Below, piece after piece: positions 12,601-21,613 of a stretch of DNA of 64,000 bases. Every line of letters begins with the position of its first letter. Position 1 is the stretch's first letter. Source of the stretch: Macrostomum lignano. Lineage: Eukaryota. The notes under the pieces were generated by a model. That model did not search any database. It was not told the origin of the DNA and saw only the letters and a list, made by a program, of their open reading frames with translations. The stretch lies in contig NIVC01000975.1 in assembly GCA_002269645.1 (NCBI GenBank), positions 1-64,000 on the forward strand, written 5' to 3'. Position numbers and translations under genes: made by a program.

Positions 12601-13459
12601 CACCGCTGTCCAGCGTCAGCGTCAGCAGCTCGTCGCGGACCGCGCATTCGATGTTGTGGACGGCAGTCGGATCCTGGTTCGCGACTTGCAGGATGGTGCT
12701 CACCTCCTCGCCGACTGTTGCCACCGTCTTGCTTCGGCATACAGCGGCAAAGTGGTTTGGCTTATTGCAGTTGTTGCACTTTTTTCCCATTGCTGGGCAC
12801 TTGTGCGCCTTGCTGTAGTCGCCGCCGCATCGCCTGCACTTCTCGCTGTCCTTGCGCGTTTTGGGCTTGGCTCTGACTTTCTGCTTTGAGATGGCGTGCA
12901 CTGTCTTTTGAGACGTCCCTGATGTGCCGTTGAGGACCTTGGCTTCGTTGATGGCTGTCTCGATTTGGTTGGCGAGCTGCAGGGACTTCTCCAGTGTCAG
13001 GTCGTCTGGTTCCATCAGCAGCCTTTCACGGATACGTGGCATGCACGTTTTCTCGATAAGCTGATCGCGGACCATTTCCTTCGTCAGGTCCTTGAACGCG
13101 CAATCGGCCGCGAGCTGCTGCAGATCTCTGACGAACTGCTGCACCGGCTCCCCTGGTCGCTGCTCCCTGCACCGAAACCTGTAGCGAGCTCCGATGACGC
13201 TCTTGTTCGGCACGAAAATTTTGTCCAGTTCTTCGAGCAGCTTCTTCATGTCGTTCGCCTCCACGCTTTCCGCCTGCCGTTGGCCTTCCGGCCCGAGGCA
13301 GTGTCGAAGGACGGCCATTTGTCTCGCCTCCGACGTTTTGTCTAGTTCCGTTGCTGTTGAATAGATCGCGAACTGACTTTTCCACCTTGGCCACGGGCAG
13401 CTTGGCTCGCCCGGGCTAGCCAGGTACGGCGTTGGTGGGTTGAGACTGAAGTCTGCCAT
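9617..13459 (-). CDS. gag-pol: Gag-Pol polyprotein, single frame, 1280 aa from the ATG at 13459
   Basis: Two Gag Cys/His knuckles (CRRCGGDYSKAHKC, CNNCNKPNHFAAVC). Protease LDSGAS. RT (RLCIDLRDVN, PFGLSSA, AVDD). RNase H (CDASAHG, YTDH). Integrase HHCC and DDE (IDQFSRW, TDNGPQF, VERFN). Domain order PR-RT-RH-IN is Ty3/Gypsy. Confidence 0.96.
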   Translation of the reverse strand: MADFSLNPPTPYLASPGEPSCPWPRWKSQFAIYSTATELDKTSEARQMAVLRHCLGPEGQRQAESVEANDMKKLLEELDKIFVPNKSVIGARYRFRCREQRPGEPVQQFVRDLQQLAADCAFKDLTKEMVRDQLIEKTCMPRIRERLLMEPDDLTLEKSLQLANQIETAINEAKVLNGTSGTSQKTVHAISKQKVRAKPKTRKDSEKCRRCGGDYSKAHKCPAMGKKCNNCNKPNHFAAVCRSKTVATVGEEVSTILQVANQDPTAVHNIECAVRDELLTLTLDSGASVSVISRSDFQRVRRHATKGSGPPARLVAYGGSHIRTYGTATLPITFKDKTASVCFQVAEGSSSLLGRSDFPKFGVSLQINHLGDEGSKPQDSFKDLFGPIRRAKGIVHRPKLKLDAHPVIQARRKIPLAMKEAVKAELDRMEAEKIIEKISASAWVSNMVIAPKSDGRIRLCIDLRDVNKAIVADAYPTPTIDELAAEFRGSQVFSKLDMKTGYLQFELHHDSRYLTAFITDEGLYQFCRVPFGLSSAAGFFQKAMARILQGLPGTVNAVDDILVRGKTKKEHDDNLSRTLERLRENNIVLNDKCVFAQPAVDFHGFRISGNGIQAIDSYVKAIKETPQPSNTKEAAAFLGATNFYSRFVHAYSETTEPIRRLLRKDEPWSWGPEQDGAFQKIKRQLTMAPVLKAFDPKSETIIRCDASAHGIGAVLAQIQLGEEHPIAYSSRSLTSPERNYSVGEKEALAVVWAVEKWHLFTYGRPVTVYTDHSTLSTLLTAGSQGVRPLRILRWTERLRAYPLVTIRYVRGRDNTIADLLSRQQPNVQEDPQSNTDDQEIGRILMAQLAPADNLDEVRQETASDEVLQAVSRFIKEGWPASKQLAPELQAYYRAKDELYLFGDGCVARGQATVIPATLQNRVLNMAHEGHHGIVRTKQRCRSAAWWPGIDKDIESAVKDCTACALAGKASRPSVPPMTITSTPAGAWEELQLDICGEFRVAPRHQRFAIVLIDQFSRWPEVALVESVTTKVVVDFLEVIWSRWGIPKNITTDNGPQFGREFDEYLASLAIEHKRTAVYCPEQNGNVERFNRTLGEGVTAHLVAGWSFCKAVRAVVAAYRATPTHVTGSSPHELMTGRPMRTPLLALQPDSEAKRTMSAHDRIATAKQRAKSDTDRRRHASAARTAVIQDGSWVHISKPVAPGKLEPKLAGPFRVRKRFKTTVLLENGKRWHLRRCVPAGPGKGSDDDGDAQLDEGGGGPEVDPPGPPDDLAGDRRHPRRC

Positions 13460-13470
13460 CCTCGTCGCCA
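13456..13470 (-). promoter_or_regulatory. Primer binding site, complementary to the 3' end of tRNA-Ser(GCU); overlaps the gag ATG
   Basis: TGGCGACGAGGATGG, 1 nt from the 5' LTR, is the reverse complement of ...CCATCCTCGTCG-CCA, the conserved metazoan tRNA-Ser(GCU) 3' end. Confidence 0.85.
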
Positions 13471-13471
13471 A

Positions 13472-13712
13472 TGTTGTGTATTGAACGCGTGGGTTTTTTT
13501 GCGAGCGAGAGTTGAGAAAAAAGAATTGTGGAGTCTCGACTGACTCCGCCGCTTTATATTTGTTAGTAAATGAAGCGTGCACGTTGGGTGTATACACCTG
13601 GCAGATTGGCTATATGTTACGCAATGATTTGAGTTGAATACAATTCTGTTGAAACATAAATACGGTACGACTGAAGTACTCAATACTTGTACTTAGTACT
13701 CACGCCACAACA
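13472..13712 (-). repeat. 5' LTR, with candidate TATAAA at 13553-13558 on the minus strand
   Basis: 241-bp copy matching 9269-9509. Confidence 0.96.
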
Positions 13713-14066
13713 GTGACCTTGACTAGATTAGGAGAATCCTGTCTGTGTGACCTTGACTAGATTAGGGGAATCCTGACTCTTGACCTCGACTAGATTAGGG
13801 GAATCCTGACTCTTGACCTTGACTATATTAGGGGAATCCTGACTCTTGACCTTGACTAGATTAGGGGAATCCTGACTCCCTTGACTAGATTGGAATCCTG
13901 TCTGTGTGACCTTAACTAGATTAGGGGAATCCTGTCTGTGTGACCTTGACTAGATTAGGGGAATCCTGTCTGTGTGACCTTGACTAGATCAGGGGAATCC
14001 TGTCTGTGTGACCTTGACTAGATTAGGGGAATCCTGTCTGTGACCTTGACTAGATCAGGGGAATCC
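13713..14066. repeat. 34-bp minisatellite, right part
   Basis: Same unit as 8955-9268, plus shorter variants (...GAATCCTGACTCTTGACC). Confidence 0.9.
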
Positions 14067-14115
14067 TTCACTTCACGACTTTCAACTCGCCACCCCACCG
14101 GCTGTCTCCTTGCAG

Positions 14116-14596
14116 TCCGAGCTGCTCCCATCGCCGCTGCTGCGAGACTTCAGCTCCGAGCTGCTGACTCAGCTGACTGGCCATCTCAGCCTGGAAGAGT
14201 CCCCGGATGCGACGCCGCGACCTTCAACTCTGCGCCGCGAACAGCTGGTTGTGCTGTCGCACGACTATTTGGAGGCCTACAACCCGGCCAAGGACAAGTG
14301 GTGCCGCATCGCCTTCCCGGCTGGCGGCTTCCGCCCGACGGCGCGCGATTCCGCCGTCTGCGTACTCGAGAATGAAATCTGGCTGACTGGCGGCGTGGAC
14401 TCCCAGGGCCGCGCCTTGCCAGATGTTGTCCGCTACAGTCCGCTGACCAACGCCTGGTCCGAGGGGCCGCCCCTGCTGTCCGCCCGTAGCCGGCACACCT
14501 GCGTTTGCGTGCGGGGCAGCCTGCTGGTGATGGGCGGCGTCGGGCTGGACGGCCGAATGTGCACCGGGGCCGAGGTGCTGCGGCTCCGGGCTGGGG
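14116..14596 (+). CDS. Kelch-like protein, middle exon (end of BACK and kelch repeats)
   Basis: Acceptor CTCCTTGCAG| in phase 0 joins ...SREFIQ|SELLPSPLL. Kelch motifs LEAYNPAKDKW, EIWLTGG, RYSPLTNAWSEGPPL, LLVMGG. Phase-1 donor G|GTGAGT. Confidence 0.9.
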
Positions 14597-14619
14597 GTGA
14601 GTGGCCTCTGGGGGGGGGG

Positions 14620-15020
14620 AGGCAGACAAGCAGAGACAAACATTAAGATAGACAGACAGGCATCCACTATGACAGACACTAGGACAGGCATTAAGGCAGG
14701 CAGACACTAAAAGAAGCACTGCTTAAGGCAGACACTAAAGAGATATACGGATAGATTAATCCATCAAATGGACAGACGATTAAGCAGGCAGACATCTGTG
14801 TGTGACATCACTAAGACGGACAGACAGACAGACAGACAAACATCACTAAGACAGACAGACAAACAGACAGACATCCATCACTAGGACAGACAGACAGACA
14901 TCACTAAGACAGGCAGACAGACAGACAGACAGACATCACTAAGACAGACACACAGACAGACAGACACACAGACAAACAGACATCACTAAGACAGACAGCC
15001 GCTACGACATCCAGACAGAC
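14620..15020. repeat. GACA-rich microsatellite / low-complexity region
   Basis: (GACA)n interspersed with CATCACTAA. Confidence 0.8.
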
Positions 15021-15329
15021 ACGGGGAGCTGGGGAGCCAATCCCGATATTCTACTGAGTTGTGCCCCCAGAAAATCTTTAGTTTCTGCAGACATCTGCTG
15101 CCAGTTGCCATGATTTTAATCCGTAACTTTTCAATCCGCTTAGCGTTTGGCCTTGAAGCAGTTTTTGTATTGAATTGTAAATTTATTTATAAGTATTGAA
15201 AAACCTTTGCAATTTTTTCAGTCTTCACTACATTCTTAATCGTTTGATTGGAGCTCTCGCAGCTTGGCTGAGGTCGCGAACTTCTCAAAAATATCTCTAT
15301 TCTTGTCTGAATCTCTATCTCCTCCTCAG

Positions 15330-16930
15330 TGTCTACCTCTCGCTCCCACTCTCTACCTCTCTCCCACTCTCTACCTCTCTCTCCCACTCTCTACCTCTCT
15401 CTCCCACTCTCTACCTCTCTCTCTAACTCTCTCCCACTCTCTACCTCTCTCTCCCACTCTCTACCTCTCTCTCCCACTCTCTACCTCTCTCCCACTCTCT
15501 ACCTCTCTCTCCCACTCTCTACCTCTCTCTCCCACTCTCTACCTCTCTCTCCCACTCTCTAACTCTCTCCCACTCTCTACCTCTCTCCCACTCTCTACCT
15601 CTCTCTCCCACTCTCTACCTCTCTCCCACTCTCTACCTCTCTCTCCCACTCTCTACCTCTCTCTCCCACTCTCTACCTCTCTCCCACTCTCTACCTCTCT
15701 CTACCTCTCTCTCCCACTCTCTACCTCTCTCTCCCACTCTCTACCTCTCTCTCCCACTCTCTAACTCTCTCCCACTCTCTACCTCTCTCTCCCACTCTCT
15801 AACTCTCTCCCACTCTCTACCTCTCTCCCACTCTCTACCTCTCTCTCCCACTCTCTACCTCTCTCTCCCACTCTCTACCTCTCTCTCCCACTCTCTACCT
15901 CTCTCTCCCACTCTCTAACTCTCTCCCACTCTCTACCTCTCTCTCCCACTCTCTAACTCTCTCCCACTCTCTACCTCTCTACCTCTCTCTACCTCTCTCT
16001 CCCACTCTCTACCTCTCTCTCCCACTCTCTACCTCTCTCTCCCACTCTCTACCTCTCTCCCACTCTCTACCTCTCTCCCACTCTCTACCTCTCTCTCCCA
16101 CTCTCTAACTCTCTCCCACTCTCTACCTCTCTCTCCCACTCTCTAACTCTCTCCCACTCTCTACCTCTCTCCCACTCTCTACCTCTCTCTCCCACTCTCT
16201 AACTCTCTCCCACTCTCTACCTCTCTCTCCCACTCTCTACCTCTCCAACTCAGTCTCTGCCTCTCTCTCCCACTCTCTAACTCTCTCCCACTCTCTAACT
16301 CTCTCCCACTCTCTAACTCTCTCCCACTCTCTACCTCTCTCCCACTCTCTACCTCTCCAACTCAGTCTCTGCCTCTCTCTCCCACTCTCTACCTCTCTCT
16401 CCCACTCTCTAACTCTCTCCCACTCTCTACCTCTCTCTCCCACTCTCTACCTCTCCAACTCAGTCTCTGCCTCTCTCTCCCACTCTCTAACTCTCTCCCA
16501 CTCTCTACCTCTCTACCTCTCTCTACCTCTCTCTCCCACTCTCTACCTCTCTCTCCCACTCTCTACCTCTCTCTCCCACTCTCTACCTCTCTCTCCCACT
16601 CTCTACCTCTCTCTCCCACTCTCTAACTCTCTCCCACTCTCTACCTCTCTCTCCCACTCTCTACCTCTCCAACTCAGTCTCTGCCTCTCTCTCCCACTCT
16701 CTAACTCTCTCCCACTCTCTAACTCTCTCCCACTCTCTAACTCTCTCCCACTCTCTACCTCTCTCCCACTCTCTACCTCTCCAACTCAGTCTCTGCCTCT
16801 CTCTCCCACTCTCTACCTCTCTCTCCCACTCTCTATCTCTCCAACTCAGTCTCTACCTCTCCCTCCCCCACTCTCTACCTCTAACTTTCAGTCTCTACCT
16901 CCAACTCCCAGTCTAACCTCTCTCTTTCTC
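15330..16930. repeat. CT-rich 18-20-bp minisatellite, ~1.6 kb, in a kelch intron
   Basis: Unit CTCTCTCCCACTCTCTA(C/A)C. Confidence 0.93.
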
Positions 16931-16968
16931 CCTCTCAGCCTCTACTTCTCACCCCCCATTCACCGCAG

Positions 16969-17477
16969 GCCAGGCGGTGTGGGAGCCGGCCGGCCAGCTT
17001 CCAGAGCACGCCTGCCGCAAAGAAGCCTCGGCCACTGCGCTCTCCTCCTCCTGCCTAATAGAAGTCGGCGGCGTGAAAGTAATGAACGGCAATACGCTGA
17101 TCATGAACACCCTAGACCAGCACCTGGTCAATGACAAAGGAGTTGAGTACACTGGCGAGTACTATGTACTGCCGGAGAAACTTCGGTGCGCCCTGCTAGC
17201 GGTGATTGACAATCTGGTATTGATTCTGTCCAGTCAGACTGGCAAGTTCTGGTGTCTGGAGCCGATGCGCAAGTCTGTCAGATCGCTGCCAGCACTGAGG
17301 CCGGAGCCAACTCAGCCACTGCTGTGCGCCACTGTCTGCGACCGACGGCTATATTGCGTTGATCGGGGGCATCCGCACTCCATTGCCGTGTTCGACCCCG
17401 AGTCCAGCTGCTGGTCAACTGTGCGGCCGCCTAAATTGTCTACGGAGATTTTGCATTGCGTCACTCTGCAGCTGTGA
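16969..17477 (+). CDS. Kelch-like protein, last coding exon (divergent kelch repeats)
   Basis: Acceptor CACCGCAG| in phase 1 gives ...LRAG|GQAVWEPAGQLP. Contains RLYCVDRG...AVFDPESSCWSTV. Stop TGA at 17475-17477. Confidence 0.85.
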
Positions 17478-17549
17478 GGATAAAACTCTTTCTCTGTGTT
17501 TCTTTGGGCTGTTTCTTGTATCGTAGATTAGCGTGCGCGCATTCACTCA

Positions 17550-18110
17550 AGATTCACACGAATCATACATTCACTCAAATCAGCGATTCACACGAATCAC
17601 ATTCACTTGTTAGTGATTCACACGAATCACTCATTCACTCAATTTAGTGATTCACTCAAATCACTCATTCACTCAAGTTAGTGATTCGCGCGAATGACTC
17701 ATTCACTCAAGTTAATGATTCACGTGAATGACCCATTCATTCAAGTTATTGATTCACACGAATCACTCATTCACTCAAGTTAGTGATTCATGCAAATCAC
17801 TCATTCACTCAAGTTAATGATTCACGCGAATGACCCATTCATTCAAGTTATTGATTCACACGAATCACTCATTCACTCAAGTTAGTGATTCGCGCGAATC
17901 ACCCATTCATTCAAGTTATTGATTCACACGACTCAAGTTAGTGATTCGCGCGAATCACTCATTCACTCAAGTTAGTGATTCACGCCAATGACCCATTCAT
18001 TCAAGTTAGTGATTCACAGTAATCACTCATTCACTCAAGTTAGTGATTGGCACGGATCATCCATTCACTCAAATCAGCGATTCACACGAATCACCCATTC
18101 ACTCAAGTGA
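17550..18110. repeat. ~34-bp tandem array with internal inverted arms, just 3' of the kelch stop
   Basis: Unit CACACGAATCACTCATTCACTCAAGTTAGTGATT; arms GAATCAC and GTGATTC. Confidence 0.85.
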
Positions 18111-19065
18111 GTCACAGGGATCATTCTCTTAACGACTCAAAACCCCCTCCTGTTTTTCATGATTGAAATTCAAACTTCTCATTGAAGACTTGGCCACTTA
18201 AGAGTTCATGTCACGATACAAGTAATACAATGGTTTTTTATGCAACTGCAGTTTAACAAATCCGTGTTTCCTTACTTTTTCGATTCGGTTTCAATAATGC
18301 ACAATGAATGAATGTTGAATGTAGACTGTGTTTAGTCATCTACTAGTTTGTGTGTTTATTTCTAGTATATATGAGGCACATATGTGTCTTGTGATTTGAT
18401 CAAGTGTTGTAAATCGTATTAATATTATTATTATTATTATTATGTAATATGTATAAGAGCAATTTGTTTCAGTTAGGATAATTTCCCAACTTGTATTCTC
18501 TCAACAGGAAGCATTCTTTCTTAGAAAGTAGTGCCACTTGTCCCCTTTCTCAGAAAGGTTTTCGCCACTTTGAGTGCGTGTCTGTGTTTGCTATCTGCTT
18601 TTAGTCATTCCGGAAACTGGGACAAAGGGAGTTTCAGAATTTTTTCAATTGCTTTTCAACATATTAATTAAGGACTGTTTTGTAGTATTTTTTCTGATCT
18701 GTACTATTGATAGCTAATTTTGCTTTGTTTATTATGTATAAATTTATGTTTTTGAATATTTGACAGCATTAATTTTCTGCATGTATTCCGTATTGCTTGT
18801 GTTGTGATTTAGATTTAGAAATATCCGAAGTTCCTGATTTTGTAAGTAAATTTATAATATTTTAAAAGCACTTACAATTAGCATCGAGTACGTTCTGTAA
18901 ACTAAATAAACCTCCTATACTTTTTGTTCAACGTTTTGCCCGCTTCTTGCTTTCAGTGCATAATATCGCGCATAACTGAACTCGTTAAATTGCTGTGTTG
19001 GGTCTTCGCCTACTCATTTTGCGGTGGTTTACTTGTTATGATTTCAATTCAGCGTGCTGTACGAC

Positions 19066-19371
19066 ACAGGCAGGCAGACAGACAGACAGACAGACAGACA
19101 GAAAGACTGTAGACAGACAGAAAGACAGAAAGACTGTAGACAGACAGAAAGACTGTAGACAGACAGAAAGACTGTAGACAGACAGAAAGACAGACAGACA
19201 GGCAGGCAGACAGACAGACAGACAGACAGAAAGACTGTAGACAGACAAAGACTGTAGACAGACAGAAAGACAGAAAGACTGTAGACAGACAGAAAGACTG
19301 TAGACAGACAGAAAGACTGTAGACAGACAGAAAGACTGTAGACAGACAGACAGACAGACAGACAGGCAGGC

Positions 19372-19406
<35 letters not shown>

Positions 19407-19755
19407 AAGACTGTAGACAGACAGAAAGACTGTAGACAGACAGAAAGACTGTAGACAGACAGAAAGACTGTAGACAGACAGACAGACAGAAGACTGTAGA
19501 CAGACAGAAAGACAGAAAGACTGTAGACAGACAGACAGACAGAAAGACAGACAGACAAACAGAAAGACTGTAGACAGACAGAAAGACAGACAGACAGACA
19601 GACAGAAAGACAGACAGACAGACAGACAGAAAGACAGACAGACAGACAGACAGAAAGACTGTAGACAGACAGCGCAAGTGCATCTGCAGATTGCAGTTTT
19701 TACCGATAATTTCTGCAGTGTAATTTCGCTACTATAGTCTTTCTGTCAGTCAGTC

Positions 19756-19792
<37 letters not shown>

Positions 19793-19951
19793 GGCAGGCA
19801 GGCAGGCAGACAGACAGAAAGACTGTAGACAGACGGACAGACAGAAAGACAGACAGACAGACAGACAAACAGAAAGACTGTAGACAGACAGCGCAAGTGC
19901 ATCTGCAGATTGCAGTTTTTACCGATAATTTCTGCAGTGTAATTTCGCTAC
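19066..19951. repeat. (GACA)n / GAAAGACTGTAGACA compound microsatellite with a duplicated 61-bp unique segment
   Basis: GCGCAAGTGCATCTGCAG...TAATTTCGCTAC occurs at both 19672-19732 and 19891-19951. Confidence 0.88.
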
Positions 19952-21613
19952 ACCGCCTCGCCTTGCCCCAACCCCTCCCCCCCTCAGTGCCGCTCTGATT
20001 CCACTTTGTTATCATACCCTCTTTGACTACAGTGCGCTTGAACGAACTGTTTCAAGTGCGGTATTTCATACTCTTAATTATCTTCTAGTATGCAATTCAC
20101 GTATACGTAGAGGTGCACACACAAGCCCTAGCTGCAGGTTATATGCGCAGTATTAAAGCTGGTGCACTGCTAGCACAAACAGTCTAAGAATGGAAAACTT
20201 GATTGAGTTGAAAGTTGACTTGCAATTCTCTCACTCTCCCCTGTCTATTCTCTCTCTAACTAGTCTATCTAGTAATGAGTTAGCTTTGAATATGGGCTTA
20301 CCTCTATTGTATATAATAAAAGTGTATCTGCATTTTACGGCGGTGGGTGATTCTGTGGCCGCGTTATAAATAGAACTCATTGTGCGTCATCGGCTTAATC
20401 GTTCCAGATTTATGCTTTAGTGTATGCACAAGACTCCTTTTATTGTACTTTTCTATCGTGAAGGTGAGTTGGACCAGACATGACCATGATCGCTTTCATA
20501 ATATGAAATGAAAGACTTACCACTTCTAACAGTAGAACTACCAAGGGGGGTTCCCGACGGCGTCGTGGTGATTACGGAATTATGCTTAAGAGACTAGCTG
20601 AGGATGTAGTGAAATTCGCAACACAGGGTGTCCATAGTCGCCTGCAGTGCTATCCATTGAAGGTCCAGAAGCTTGTTCGCTCGCTCGCACTAGGGCAAAC
20701 CCGCTATAACCCACTAAGACAGAGTGTACATGCCTGGTATGCCTTGATTTTTCTCTTCGTTTTGTTGTATTTTTTATATCTGTTTTTCACAGTCTTACGC
20801 TCGTAGCTATAGCCAGATTGATAAAAACAATATTAATGCCTGGGACAAGACTCTACTATGCACTACAGATTCGGGGCAGCAGGGCCTAATTGGCACGGGA
20901 ACACGAAACACTCGCTCTGTCCTGCCGCCCCTCTTTCACCTATAGCTCGAGTTCGAGAGTTGAGACGCCAATCATAATCAATATTTTTCTCTCCTCTTGG
21001 CCTCTTTATCAGCGAGACTACACCCCCTCTCAAGTCACGATCCCAGCTGCTCCTGCGAGTCTAATTAGCGAGCTCAATCAGCTGCAGCTGCTCATCCTCT
21101 GATCATGAAAAACACGCCAGACTACTCCACTGTGCTCAATCAGACGTTTTTTACATGCCTTCTCCACTGCTTTTTCTTTAGGGGTGGTGAGGGGGTTTAA
21201 GTAAGCCTTTGCCTTTTTGTTTTAATTAACCAAATTAACAGTACCAACTTTAACTCGAGTACATATTGCTTCTCAGGGCCTTTCCCCAAGGTGCCGGAAA
21301 TAAATATCAACTCAAAGCGCAAACTGCAAAACAATTGTTTCGTTCCTCCAAAAAATTAATCAATATCTCCAATAACTAGGCAATTTCCAAACTTTATAAA
21401 AAAAATCACTTTAAAACAAAGCGAAAAATAACTGCAAGCAAACAGCAGACTCCGTGTACCATCGAATTGACTGCCGCGAGAAATAACAAATTAAGTCTAT
21501 TTCGAATGATTTAAAAGAGGGATTGTAAAACTAAAAAACACCTCACTTCCAAGATGAACTACTAGAGAACATGCTACTCGTACTTTAAGTAGCCAGTAGT
21601 GCATATTGTTAAC

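Larger units (their letters stand above)
9269..13712 (-). mobile_element. Full-length Ty3/Gypsy LTR retrotransposon (Mag-clade-like), 4444 bp, antisense in the kelch intron
   Basis: Two 241-bp TG...CA LTRs, 5-bp TSD GTGAC (9264-9268 and 13713-13717), PBS, PPT and an uninterrupted gag-pol ORF. Confidence 0.97.

Noticed and set aside
9559-13394. Many overlapping ORFs on both strands within the retrotransposon
   Set aside because: Shadow frames of a GC-rich gag-pol; no recognisable env or accessory gene.
15196-19683. ORFs made of SLPLST, SVCL and similar repeats; also those at 29478-30062, 32222-32905, 41868-42732, 48361-48847, 55307-57900
   Set aside because: Translations of micro- and minisatellites with no gene structure.
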